From positions 27,468,001 through 27,532,000 of the forward strand of contig CM052817.1 in NCBI GenBank assembly GCA_028534125.1: a stretch of DNA of 64,000 nt. Direction: 5' to 3'. Position numbers and translations under genes: made by a program. A model generated the notes under the pieces. That model worked only from the letters and a program-made list of their open reading frames with translations. It made no database searches and was not told the DNA's origin. Positions 1-12,839 of this stretch are shown one piece after another; positions within the stretch are counted from its first letter, which is position 1, and each line of letters starts with the position of its first letter. Source of the DNA: Lama glama. Its lineage: Eukaryota.

Positions 1-984
1 TCTTTGGAGTGCTTTTTGAAGATTTATTCCCTCTTGGATGACTTAGAATCCCCTTGTATGCACTGGGTCAGGATTGAGCAAAAATTCAGCCACATAATAG
101 TATTTTGTAAAAGGAAATAAAAACATCGAATCACACCACACAGAATGCTCTGTATGTATAAACAATGTTACTAAACCCCAGAGATGTCAATAAAATTAAT
201 CTACTCAACCCCTGCTTTGTTCCCACTTTCCCTCTTTTATATATTAGGTATATCATGACAGGGTATGAGGAGAATTCGTGCTCCCATCACCTGACTGCTG
301 AGCCATAGGTGCATCTGGCCCATGGGCAGGAGCTAACAGAAAGGGGATTTAAGAAGAGAAAAAGAAAGGAACATATTAGAAGCAGCTCCCTGGGGACCAG
401 AAAATGCCTCATCCTGGAAGTGAGAAAAAGCAGGGTACTGCTCTTTGCTGCCAACAAGCTGCACACCCCGGACCAGTCATTTCAAATAACACCCCTTTGT
501 AAGATATGAATTGGTTCAGGAAGCCTTCTTACACACAAATTCATTCCCAAGACTTCTGATTGCAATATTTAACAACTCAGCTTTAAATTGGCCAATTATT
601 TCATCATCAGGTGTAGGCAGAAGTCAATTACAGTGCCTAGCAATCAACCGATGTCCACTTTGCTCTAAGATCTGAGAGCATATGCAGGTCCCCGAAGGAT
701 TTGAGGCCGAAATTGTTCCCATAAAAAGGAAGCTGCACTTCTACTCCTGAAAGCTCCACACTCATCAAGCAAATTAAAAGAAGACCTGAGAGTTAAACTC
801 AGGAAGAAATTTGGTCAAACTGAGATATTAAAAAATGAGGTCATTACAGATGCAAACTGAAATAATTCCTCAGACAACTGGCATTTATATCTTCTAATAC
901 ATCCTCCTGGTGACACAGGAAAAAAGCAAAAAAGATTTGGCCAGATTTTTGCTGGTACATTTATTTTTGGAATCACTAACACCT

Positions 985-1160
985 ACCATTTAGAGAGTAC
1001 TTCCTTTATGCCAGGCTTTTTACGCATTACCTGATTTAATCCTTCTGACGGTCCTATGACTATGGTTGCCCCCAGTGAACAAAAAAGAAGCTGAGGCTCA
1101 GAAAGACTATATAATGTGCCCACATAGAGCATATATAGAGGGCATTTAATACCCTCATAC
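985..1160 (-). mobile_element. MIR SINE fragment (diverged)
   Basis: Reverse-complement MIR core motifs: 'tttaatccttc...gctgaggctcagaaag'. Confidence 0.55.
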
Positions 1161-1396
1161 TTCATTACTACATTTTACTATACAAGGCAGAATAAAATAT
1201 TTTCTATTTTAATTAACCTGTTAATCACCTTTTGAAATAAATGAAAAAGAGAAGTGCTAAATATATTTTGAACTATATTTTTAATATTGTGCCACTAATA
1301 TTTATATTTTTACCAGACCTTGAATTCTGATTTTTAAAAATTCAAGATTCGCTAATAATTATCACAATAATAGGCAATTTATTAACTACCCACTGT

Positions 1397-2114
1397 GTAT
1401 TGGGGTAGGCTAAAATAATGGCCTTTAAAGATATCAAATTTTAATCCCTGCAACCTGTAAATTTTAATTTATATGGAAACAATATCTTTGTGGATATGAT
1501 TAAGATAAGGATCTTGGGGTGGGAAAACTATACTGAATTATTCAGACGGGGCCTAAATGCTATCACAGGGATTTTTTTTTAATTGAAGTATAGTTGATGT
1601 ACAGTACTATATGTTACAGGTATACAATATAGTGATACAATTTTTAATGGTTATACTCCATTTACAGTTATTATAAAATATTTGGTATACTCCTATGTTG
1701 TACAATGTATCCAGGTAGCTTATTTCATACCTAATACTTTGTACCTCTCAATTCCCTACCCCTATACTGCCCCTTCCCTCTTCCGTCTCCCCACTGGTAG
1801 CCACTAGTTTGTTCTCTCTACGTGAATCACGTGGACTCATAAGAAAGAGGCAGGGGGAGGTTAGGCAGAAGAGAAGGCGACAGGACCATGGAGGCAAAGA
1901 TGAGAGTGACGCGGCCTCAAAAGGCTAGAAAAGGCAGGAAACTGATTCTCCTCTAGAGCCTCCAGAAGGAGTGCAGCCCTGTGACACCTTGATTTTGACC
2001 CAAGGGTAATGGTTTCCAATTTCTGGTCTCCGGAACTGTGAGAGAATAAACCTCTGTTGTTTAAAGGCACCAAGTCCGTGGTGATTTTTACAGCAGCCCT
2101 ACGAAACTAATTCA
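1397..2114 (+). mobile_element. MaLR solo LTR (MLT1D-like), interrupted by an L1 3' fragment
   Basis: MLT1 motifs 'aatccctgcaacctgt...gattaag', 'aggcaggaaactgattctcctctagagcctccagaagg' and 'gagaataaacctctgttgtttaaag...cagcagccctacgaaactaattca'. Confidence 0.8.
1572..1825 (-). mobile_element. 5'-truncated L1 3' end (cetartiodactyl-type)
   Basis: Poly-T followed by 'aattgaagtatagttgat'. Degenerate TSD atcacaggga (1562-1571) / atcacgtgga (1826-1835). Confidence 0.85.
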
Positions 2115-2132
2115 TGTGTCATGCCCTGTGCA

Positions 2133-2133
<1 letters not shown>

Positions 2134-2184
<51 letters not shown>
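2134..2184. repeat. (TG)n microsatellite
   Basis: Directly visible perfect TG run. Confidence 0.98.
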
Positions 2185-2186
<2 letters not shown>

Positions 2187-3099
2187 TCTCTGGTCCTCAC
2201 ACTAATGTTATGGAATAAGTATTATATGTTTACCAATGAAGGAAGAGAAGCGGAAAGAGATTACAGAAGCAGACTAAAATCACACAGCAATTATACAGTG
2301 GAACTGGGATTTGAACCCTGCTCTGAACTTCTTCCACTGCCCCCATCATTAGTCATTAATACACTTGAAGTGAGTTTAGGTAATAAATACGGGAGGATTG
2401 TTGGAGTTTTATTTATAAAAGGAATTCTGAAACACGTAGAAGTATATTCTTTAAGATCCCAAATTATCTGAGAAGCTGACGGAGATGACATAATCCACAG
2501 CGTGTAATATACACCTACACTCCTACACCAAAGGCCGTGATAAGAAATGCGCTATAACAATTACCCCCCTGGCCAAGAAAATCCCATCCCTGATGGAAAA
2601 TTTCTGCAACTTCCCAAAGGAAATGAATAAAAAAGCTCAGGCTAGACCCATCAGCAGTGTTTTTGAACACAGAATTTTTTGAAAAATCATCACTTGACAT
2701 TGCCTAAATTCTAAAACAGTCCCAAGTGAAGAAAGAAAGGATAATGTTAACACTGAGAAGTGCTGGTTTCAGGTAATATTAAGAGCTTGTGTGATAGTAG
2801 CCCTGGTTAAATGCTGTTTCAGCCTGAGCCCTCCTGGCAAATAGTTCCTTTCAGCCAGTAAGAAATCAAACACAGAAAAGAAGATACCAAATAAAGAATC
2901 AGTGCCTCAACTAGAATCATCTCATCACCGGTGTTCACAAAAACTCTGTCAGTCTTTTGTTTCATCTATGACTAGATTCAACACGCATAGTTTGAGAGCC
3001 TATTATTTGCAAAGTAATGTGCAAGTTGCTACATTAACGAAAAGACAAGCAATCCTAGAGGAGCTTGCAGGCTACTTATGATCATCACAAGAACCAGCC

Positions 3100-3317
3100 C
3101 CTACACAGCACACGCTACGCACCAGTGTTGCTCTAAATGCTTTACATGATTGTATCGTTCAGTGCTCACAACACCCTTATGAGGTATGCTCTATTATCAT
3201 CACCCCCATTTTACAAATCAAGGAAACCATGTTTAGCGTGATTAAAATTTGTCCATGGTCTTCTAGCTAATAAACATTTGAGTTAGGATTTAAGCCAGAC
3301 AGTCTGGTTAAGAATCC
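3100..3317 (-). mobile_element. MIR SINE
   Basis: 'ctcacaacacccttatgaggta...cccattttacaaatcaaggaaac...ggatttaagccagacagtctg' matches the reverse MIR consensus. Confidence 0.8.
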
Positions 3318-3413
3318 ATGTTTGCAGTATTTACAACAGCCAAGATGTGGAAGCAACCTAAATGGCTACCAACAGATGATTGGATAAAGAAGATGTGGTA
3401 TACATATAAATAT

Positions 3414-3461
<48 letters not shown>

Positions 3462-3930
3462 ACACACAGTGGAATACTACTCAGCCATAAAAAAAGAATG
3501 GAATAATGCCATTTGCAGCAACATAGATGGATATAGAAATTATCATACTAAATGAAGTAAGTCAGATAGAGAAAGACAAATACCATATAATATCATTTAT
3601 ATGTGGAATCTAAAAAAAAGATACAAATGAACTTATTTACAAAACAGAAACAGACTCATAGACATACAAAACAAACTTATGGCTACCAAGAGGGAAGGTG
3701 GGTAGGGATAAATTGGGAATTTGGGATTAGCAGATACACACTACTATGTATAAAAGAGATAAACAACAAGCTCCTACTGTATAGCACAGGGGACTATATT
3801 CAGTAGCTTGTAATAATCTGTAATGAAAAAAAATACGTACATGTATAACTAAATCACTATGCTGTACACCAGAAACTAACACAGCAATGTAAATCAACTA
3901 TACTCCAATTAAAAAAAAAGAAAAGAAAGA
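3318..3930 (+). mobile_element. L1 3' end (ORF2 C-terminal remnant, 3'UTR and A-tail)
   Basis: Translation 'FTTAKMWKQPKWLPTDDWIKKMWY' resembles the L1 ORF2p C-terminus. Ends in 'aaatcaactatactccaattaaaaaaaaag'. Confidence 0.92.
3416..3468. repeat. (CA)n microsatellite inside L1
   Basis: Direct; one interruption. Confidence 0.97.
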
Positions 3931-4511
3931 AACCCAAGCTTTTAACTTTGTTCAGTACTGGAACCAGACTAGGGTACAGCTGACCAGAGCATAAAATGGG
4001 GACGGATAATGGTCATAAGAAATATATATGAAAGTTACCTCAATGTTCATAGAAAACTGCACCATATCATCCTCCTCAAGCTTTATTAGCCTTCTTCCAC
4101 TTCAAGCACATTGAACACAAAAACCAAGCTCTTGTGGCTCAGGGCCTTTGAATTATGTCCACCTGGAATTATTTTTAAGTATGTTAGAATTAATTTAATT
4201 ACATTTAATTTAATTAAGATATAACCATATTGACTTTGTTGTTTATAATAATTAGGACATTTGTTTATTATTTATTAATTATAATTATTTTACTTGTTTG
4301 TTTAGTAGTTTATTTGTTTGTTTTCATCATTGAATTCCATCTCCATGAAGGCAGGGCATACCTCCATTGTGTTCAGCAATGAATCCTGAATGACTGTCAC
4401 ATAGCAGGTGTTAAATCCAAGTTTGTTACTGTCTCATGGGTGTGGGGAACTTAGAAAACCTTCATATAAGTGGTAGTTTTGAAGTTGGCTTTAAAAGTTG
4501 GCTAAGACTTT

Positions 4512-5106
4512 GTTTTAATTGAAGTATAGTTGATTTACAATGTGTTAATTTCTGGTGTACAGCATAGTGGTTCAGTTGTACACATATATACATATATTCC
4601 TTTTCATATTCTTTTTTATTATAGGCTACTACAAAGATATTGAATATAGTTCCCTTTGATATACAGTAAGACCTTGTTGTTTATCTATTTTACGTGTTTT
4701 AGTTAGTATCTGCAAATCCCAAACTCCCATTTTATTCCTCCCCACCCCCTTTCCCCTGGTAACCATGTTTGTTATCTATGTCTGTGAGTCTGTTTCTGTC
4801 TTATAAATAAGTTCATTTGTGTCATTCTTTTAGATTCCACATATGAGTGACATCATATGGTATTTTTCTTTCTCTTTCTGGCTTATTTCACTTAGTATGA
4901 CAATCTCCAGGTGCATCCATGTTGTTGCAAATGAAAGAATGGAAAAAAACATTCATTCTTTTTTATGGCTGAGTAGTATTCTATAGTACACATACGCTAC
5001 AACTTCTTTAATCATCTGTTGATGGACACTTATGTTGCTTCCATGTCTTGGCTATTGTAAATAGTGCTACTATGAACACTGGGGTGCAGGTGTCCTTTCA
5101 ATTTAG
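4512..5106 (-). mobile_element. L1 3' end, 5'-truncated, with TSD
   Basis: Runs 'ttttaattgaagtatagttgatttac...cttggctattgtaaatagtgct'. TSD ggctaagacttt (4500-4511) / ggctaagatttt (5107-5118). Confidence 0.92.
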
Positions 5107-5498
5107 GGCTAAGATTTTAACTTGTGGAGTTGAGGGGAAAGGAGGTTCAGGCTGGAGGAAGCAGCATCAAATCTCCCTAACGTGGTTATTATCAGGCTTC
5201 AGTGAGAACATGTATGTGAAACACTTTATAAAGACTTGTGCATTTTTGCAGCAGTGGACTGGTAAGACTGAAAAATAGGACGTTGTCTTCTGTAAACATT
5301 TAATCGTCATTAACAGATGAGGAAACTAAGAGGCCAAAAGGTAAAGTCACTTACCCGAACTGGCCACAGCTGGTGAATGGCAGAGCCAGGGTCTGTGCTT
5401 AGGACTGACTAGTTCAAAGCCCACAAAGTTAATCAGGAAAGTTAAAAAAAAATCCTAAAATGCCAGGTTGAGGAATTTGCCCTTGATTTGATGAACAA

Positions 5499-6106
5499 CA
5501 GGGTGAGAGTGAGACTGGGGTGAGGTCAGCAGAGCACTCTCCTTGGGTGCAAAATTAAAGGAGACACCAAAAAACTCAGATAATCAAGATAAATAATACT
5601 ATAATGTGATATTTAAGAAACATAACATGGCCCCTCAGTTCCTTTTTAGCTCTTTTTGTAAATAAAGTTTGACTGAAACTAGGGACCAGATGAGGGTGAT
5701 GTGGGGTTATGCAAGCACAGGGTTGCATCCTGCTCCTTATTTTAAATTTTGATATTTTGCTCATCATGGATTTCTTTGGCATTAATTTTGATTTTTTAAG
5801 AAATATGGCATTAAAAGGGGGAGAGTATAGCTCAGTGGTAGAGTGTGTGCTTGGCATGCACAAGGTCCTGGGTTCAATCCGCAGTACCTCCATTAAATAA
5901 GTAAATAAAATAAACTTAATGACCTCCATCCCTCCCCCAAAATATAAATAAATAAATAAATAAATAAAATAGTTGGACCAAAAAAATTTTTTTAAAAAGA
6001 AATATGGCATTAAAATAATATTTACCTTACTTACTGTGTGTTTTGGCATCCCCTTAAATGTTACACCCAAGGTGAGCACATCTTTCTTACCCTAGTCCCA
6101 GCCCAG
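5499..6106. mobile_element. MER96/MER96B-like hAT MITE with long inverted arms
   Basis: Left arm 'gactggggtgagg...ccttgggtgcaaaattaaaggagacaccaaaaaactcag' is the reverse-complement homolog of right arm 'ttttggcatccccttaaatgttacacccaaggtgag...ccctagtcccagccc'. Confidence 0.75.
5817..5996 (+). mobile_element. tRNA-derived SINE (camelid Vic-1-type)
   Basis: A box 'tagctcagtggtag', B box 'gggttcaatcc' and (TAAA)n tail. Perfect 19-bp TSD aagaaatatggcattaaaa (5798-5816 / 5997-6015). Confidence 0.92.
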
Positions 6107-9100
6107 TCTGACGCTAACTCAGCAAGAGTCCCTTGGCAGTAACGTTCGGTGTGGCAGGCTAAGAAGCATGGGCTCATACAAAAATAAAGACACGAATGAA
6201 TCGAAAGCTGACAAATTACTGTTTTAAAGTTTTTTGAAATAGTTCCTGTCTGTGTGGTTATGTCATCAAGCTAACACATACGTAAATCCATTTGGTTAAT
6301 TTTGCTTTTGAATCTTGGTTTTCATTTTCAGCGTAATTTGCTTTATAATTATGTAAACTATTTACATGGTTCCAAAGTCAAAGCTATAAAACAAGATACA
6401 ACTGGAGAAACTTAGCTTCGAATTCTGTATCTTGAACCCTGGTCTTTACCTACTGCTATAAGTAACCACAAAGAAAACATTTGTTTTATCCCTAAAAAAT
6501 AAAAAAAAAATTTTAAAAAAGAGGGAATTGGGAGTGAAAGGAAAGAACAGGAGGCAAGGATCCAAACACAATTCCCTGACTTGGAGGATCTGAAGATAAC
6601 TCCTAAGTTTCAGAACTCTGCCTCTTTGGTCAGAACTGGGAAGTCAAGAGAAAACCCCGGGTTTGGGAGGGGTGATGTCAGACTCAGGTTAGGGGTCTGT
6701 GACAGCAAACATGCATTTGAGGTTTTTGTCCTATTGTTTAGGCTACTGACATTGTGTAGCAGCGTTTGAGCACAAAACATTTGGAACACTAAGGCCGATG
6801 ATTAAAACTTGAAAACAGTCTTGTTTTAGGTTTTTCATGATGTATTTTTATTATTTTGGTAACAAGGTTTTGGCTTTTTAAAGATAAAATGACTGTGATG
6901 TCGGTTTACCCTCCCTCCGGTTTGAGGAGAATAAAGACAAGATTTATTTATTCACTTAATATCTAGATTTTCCTCTCTTGATCTCACATCAGGCATCTTC
7001 AGTGCTAAATATTTTTTGTCTCTCTGGGGGGTTTCCTGCTTTCATACACGCTCACCCAGCTACTATATTAGCTAATTTTTCTTCCCTGAAATCCCCTCTT
7101 ACCTGAATTATCTAACTGGTCTTTTCTGAACTCCCTCTAAGTATTTTGCTATTTCATAAAGCAAAGCGTTTTAGAATGTGTCCATTTACTAGAAATGTCT
7201 TTGGAAGCCCTTTCAGCCCATTGTGCGATACAATAGCCTATTGTGTATGCGTAACCCAAACTAGTTTCAGGCTATTTTTACCACACACGCTCACACTGGC
7301 TTGAGCATTTTAATTAAATCAGACGAACAACCAATCACCAACTTAGTCAGTAACCATTCACTGAAAACAGTCAGACAGATTGTGTCTGTAGATATAGCCT
7401 CAATCTTTTTGTTAACACAGCCATTTTGGTTTTCTCCACTTAATCTCATTAAGGGTGCCCCCCTCCCTCCACCTGATTTAGGACTTTCGTGGTTTCCCGG
7501 GGCCAATGAATGTTTAGGTTTCCAATTACGTGTCTCCAGATGCATTTGCTCTGCCTTCATTCTTTATGCTCTTTCCTTTCAATATATTTAGTATACTTTA
7601 ATCCATTGTATCTTTCATGTGTCAAAAGTAGTTTTCATGCAGGTTTCCAGTTTAGGATCTTATCATTTTAGTATTAGGTATGCATACCGTCTGTGTGTGT
7701 TAGGGCATTATAACATCCTTATCTTGGCTTCCTTTCATCTTTCCCTGTTCCCGGGCATGGATGAAGGCCTTGTGTCTAATAAGTCATTTGCATCAGCATG
7801 TCCCAAATGACCAAGAGATGAAGATAGGAGAGATTAGCATGGTAATCTCATTCTGATGGATAAAATTAGCAAAGATATTCCCCACAAATGGAGAGCTGCC
7901 ATTGGCGAACTGCTGTGCTTAGAATCAATTACTAAATTACTTTGAGCTCTAAGTTGACATTAACAGAAAAAAATTGCCATCGACCGAAGGGAAATAAGAT
8001 AAAAAATATGCGATCATTAAATCTCTCGCTACTATTCACGAATGTGACTCGCAAGAATGGTACACAAAATAGGGCAGAATTTAATTTCTGACAGTGCCCC
8101 CTGTCAACATTTCATCCTCAGCTTCTCCATGGCCTGTGAGCCCACCGAGGCCTTTCCCATTCAGTCTTTGCAGAGGAATGAGAAGCAGGGAGGGGAGGAG
8201 AGAAAGGAGAGAACACAGTGAGGAGAAGAGGTCTAGTTCAGTTCCTTCCCCTTCCTCTGTGGGCCAGCAGCTAGAGGAGGAGGCCCTCGGGCTGTTTCTG
8301 ACTCCTGAGCCACCCAGTCACGCCCAGCAGGGATGGGCAGGCTGCCCCTTCATGGAGAACCACACCAGAGAAGACCTGTTGACATTTGGAGCGCTTTCCA
8401 ATCCATGCCGATGGTCACAATGTGAAGCCAGCAATATCTCCAGTTTCTACAAGTCCAGCCTGTCAGCGAAACAGTGACGATAATTACTTCCTTAGACCAT
8501 CACCTGGACGATCAGCTTGTCCAGAAGTTGTTTAACTTGCAAAGGATTTCTTAGAAATATAGACACCAACATTAAGAAAAGCCTTTCCCCATTCAGAAAC
8601 TCCTCCTTGTCTTGATGGGGAGATGGTACTGATGACGGATAGAAACAAGGAAATCAGTTCCTATAAGGGAAGACGCTTTAAAATCGCTTTTTTAAGTCAA
8701 AGCCTGGGGAATCCCAGCGGCATAGTAATTGTTAATATTATTAGCACAGTATACATATCAGCTGTTGAGATATTATGAGGACTTGAATTCAATCTCTGTT
8801 GGGGGAGTCAGGGTCAACATCATTAACTATACATCTTGTCTCAGCTTCCATATAGAGGCCTCAGGGCAAGTGTCTGCCAGATACATCTCCATAGATGGGC
8901 AGAACCATAGGACATACAAGAGGCCCATCACACACATCAGTAACAGACAACAAGCTTTTGTTTATCTGAAGGTTTACTGGAATTAACTGATTAGTGTCAA
9001 CTTGACACAATAACTTTTGTCTACAGTGCAGTAGATCATTTTGATGGTTTTATTGATGGAGTGTGTTGTCTAATGTAAATTATAGGGGGAAGTTGAATTT

Positions 9101-9167
9101 AGATAAAGTCTGCCACATTTTTCTTAAGAGGAAACTGGAAAAGCTGTTAGTAACGGCACCCTTGACA

Positions 9168-9382
9168 GGACACCTTCTGCAGTCTTATGGATATTACAAT
9201 GGTAATTGTGATATTAATAATAATAATTACCAGGGAGAGTCGTAATTGAAATGTATGCAATTTGGGGGTTGGCAAATGCATCTTTAAGAGGACACATTTT
9301 GTGCTCTTACAAATATTACAACAAAATTGTGATATTAATAACAGTGATTAGAAGGGAGATTTGTAAGTGAAATGTAAGCAAT
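9168..9382. repeat. Diverged direct duplication of ~94 bp (9168-9261 and 9290-9382)
   Basis: Shared blocks ggacac, tctta, atattacaa, aattgtgatattaataa, agggaga, tgaaatgta and gcaat. About 21 differences over 94 columns by manual alignment. Confidence 0.85.
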
Positions 9383-10060
9383 CCATTCTTAAATTAAACT
9401 CGGAACACAAAACCATTAAAGGGAAATGAGAAAATAAGTCTAGGTTGTTAAGGGTGACACAAATTTCATGTAAAAATTGCCCATGAAAATGGCAGGGAAA
9501 TTAAACGAGAGCAAGTTGGAGTTTATATATTTACAAGGAGTTTTAAGTAACTGTAAACAGATTTTGTTCAAAAGCTAAATTCTAATGGAGGGAATTAAAA
9601 ATGGATTCTGAGCTTTGAGAGATTATTTGTGGTAAACAGCATTCACATATCAATCCAAGCAAACTATATGCACAGTTAATTTTGAGATTTGAGTAAACAC
9701 AAGTGCTTCTAGAATAATTAACCATGAATATTACTGGTGATTTAAAATCCCCTTAATCAAATAGTTTCTAGAAACAATTCAGCACTTTAATTTTTTTCCA
9801 GTTTCGTCCTAAGATTCTATGCTAAAATTGTTAACAATTACAGTATTCTGAACCCACATTCTAGAAAGAGAAATGGTGACTTGATACAGTCATAGGAGAA
9901 ATGAAAGTAGAAATAGGGTGAGTTGAGGAATTGAGGAATATAAGGAAGAAGTGGACACTTAGCAAACAGGCACAATTTAATCCTAAAACCTCTTCTTACT
10001 ATTGGGACATAACTTTTCTTCTTCCATAATGACATGTTTTATGGAAATATAAGACACTTG

Positions 10061-10067
10061 TTCCTTC

Positions 10068-10136
<69 letters not shown>

Positions 10137-10180
10137 TTTCTTCCTTTCTTCCTTTCTTCCTTTCTTCCTTTCTTTCTTTT

Positions 10181-10240
<60 letters not shown>

Positions 10241-10255
10241 TCCTCTCTTTCTTTC
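10061..10255. repeat. (TTTC)n/(TTCC)n compound tetranucleotide microsatellite
   Basis: Direct. Confidence 0.98.
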
Positions 10256-10869
10256 ATCTCATTTTTCTAAACGCTCTGTAATCTCACAGTATTAACAAAT
10301 GACAACCACACAGATCACAGAGTGGTGTTACTTCCCATCAGGAGTTATTGGTCACACTTTCCTTCCAGGATCACGCTTTCCTCCTCTGGGTTCCCAAGGC
10401 AGAAAAAAAAAAGAGAATGCCAACGGAATTCCTTGTCCTGAGAAAGGAGTATCTCACTCTGTCACCTGCAAATGTTAGGACAGGTTCTGCATCCACCCTA
10501 CAAAGAATAACACACGCCTTTATGTACTCTTGAACAAAAACATCACAAATGATATCCATGCCTCCTGCTCACTACTCTCCAGCTAGATTCTGTGACAAGA
10601 ACGGAAGGTCACCTGAGGGTCGCCCCAGGCCCCAGTATCCTTCAAACAAAAAGGACCTAAATCTCCTCTCTTCAAGCCGTGAACCTAGAAGAACAAACAC
10701 TTTGGGGGAGGGCAGGGAGGGTTAGTAAATTAATCCGTCCAGGCATAAATGGACCAGTTTAACTGAGTAGAAGAAGATTACACCAAAATATATATGTCTT
10801 TGAACTAGAAGAAAATAGTTCCTCTGGCTATTAAGGCCAACGGTGTCAGGTCCAGGAAACAGGTATTGA

Positions 10870-11030
10870 TCGCACAGTTGCTCAATTTTGCTTCATCCTT
10901 TCAGCAATCTTGTAAGTTAGGGACTATCATCACCATTTCACAGACAGGAAAACTGAGGTTCTGTCAGATGAAGTAACACAAATCAGAGTCACACAGATAA
11001 ATGATAGGGCTGGGATTTTTAACCCAGAGT
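10870..11030 (-). mobile_element. MIR SINE
   Basis: 'ccatttcacagacaggaaaactgaggttc...gtcacacagataa...ggctgggattt'. Confidence 0.75.
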
Positions 11031-11949
11031 TCAAAAAAACTCCAATTTTAACTGTGCGCTTCTACCTTCCACCTGACAGCCTCCTGTGCTGGGGTCCACT
11101 CCATCGCCCACCCGCCCCCCACGAGGGGTGGCCCAGACAGCTGAGGGGGAAGCTGAAGGGTCTGCTTTGTGTGAGAGGCAGGGCCGGGCTGGGGCTCAGT
11201 GATCTGCACCGGGCAGTGTTGGAAGCAGCAGCCTCTCTAACAATCACTGACAGCCCTAAGGTTTCTGAGGGCAGAGAGACCCAGTCCTCAGGAGGGAGGA
11301 GGGGGAGAGGAAGAGGAGTCTCTTTTACCCCTTGCTAGTCATCCTGTAGATGCTTTGGATGCGAGAGAAAAAGAGAGAGAGAGAAATGGTAGCAGTGGAT
11401 CAGAATTTGACAATAATTCCCATCTAGGCCCCCCAGACCTCCTGTGTCAAACCCTTGTAATATGCCATGTTATCTGGAGTCCAGCCCGACCAAGTGTCCA
11501 GATAGGCCAAAAGCAGATATAGGAAAATGTAAAAGTCTGGAACCTCCCTTTCCCCTTCTGTACCCTCCTTGTTCAGTGTCCCTACCACTTCCCAGGAGCC
11601 AAGTGCTGGGCTTCCTAGCATCTGGCTTCCACCTGTCCCCGTTAGGCCAGCAGGACTTTATGTTGCTCCCATCTCACTACTGGGGCTCGGCAGCAGGATA
11701 CTCCTCCTGCCTCTCGGAACTTCCAATCTTGCGCATCTCTGCTCCGACATTCTCGACAACCAGGTGTCCGACAGGGAGTGGCAGGACAGTTGAGTAAATC
11801 ATGGTACATCCACCCAGAAGATTATTGAGACATTTCAAATGATGATGCTGAAGGTACTAGAACAGTTTGGATAAATAATTATCATCTGAAGCTACGCAGA
11901 GAGCAACGTACAAAATTACACGTAGACTCTGATGACATTAGTCAAGGTG

Positions 11950-12165
11950 GGTGAAGCATGGAATTTAGATTCAGATGGACCTTGATTAGAATCTCCCACG
12001 TACAAGCTGTGTGACTCTGGGACAGTCGCTTCGCCTTCCTAAGCCTCTAATTCTTTCAGCTATAAAATAAGAGTGGTGATGCCCACCACAGAGTTGTTAC
12101 GAGGACTGAACGAGGTAACACCTGTTTGAGGCTTAGCATAGGACCATGTTTGTTGTGAGTATTTA
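11950..12165 (+). mobile_element. MIR SINE
   Basis: 'agctgtgtgactctgggacagtc...gcctctaattctttcagctataaaat...gttgttacgaggactgaacgag'. Confidence 0.75.
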
Positions 12166-12839
12166 AAAAGTGGTACCTGTTGTAATTAGAAGGAATGTTG
12201 AATTGGGATAGGGGAGGAAATCCTCCAAAATGTCTGCAAAATTCTCCAGATGATTGATAGAGGAAATGAAAAAAATCTCAGGAGAGATTTCTGGGCAGGA
12301 CCAGGCTAAGGACCCTAGTAACCTGGAGAGAAGAAACCAGGGAGGGACCAAGAGGACTCAAGATCAGTCAGCTCAGCCTTCGGGGTCCGTTCATATGAGC
12401 ACTTCTGGGGCTGTGGATCGACAGATGGGCAAAACAGGAGCCTGTGATTTCTTGGCACATTTAGGATCTTCTTATATTCACTGCTGGCTTCAAATTCAAC
12501 ATTTTAGAGGGCCCAATTAAGTGAAACAAACATAAAAAGAAATCTACCTGACAAGTATGACCCCCAATGGGGACAGAAATATATTTATACACCTGATTAT
12601 ATGTCATTCATCCAATGCCTCTTCACCGAGGACTCTTTTGTACCAGGCACTGAAAACTGCAAGGGTCTTGGAAGAGGGCCAGACAGACTCACCCTGCCTT
12701 AGTTAAGCCACCTGACGTGCTGTGCGGAAGACTTTGCAAGGGACAACTTCTGGGCAGTGGAAACAAACCTACCAAACATGATTTGCTTCTCTGGGTTATT
12801 CTATGCTTTTCTATGTTTCTACAATTAAAATGCACTGCC

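Noticed and set aside
3318..3806. ORFs resembling a real protein
   Set aside because: Decayed L1 ORF2 C-terminus and 3'UTR, disrupted by a (CA)n run.
5817..5890. tRNA-like sequence with A and B boxes (also at the other four SINE copies)
   Set aside because: A-rich tails and TSDs show these are SINEs, not tRNA genes.
10034..10270. FFLS/KKER-repeat ORFs
   Set aside because: Translation of a (TTTC)n microsatellite.
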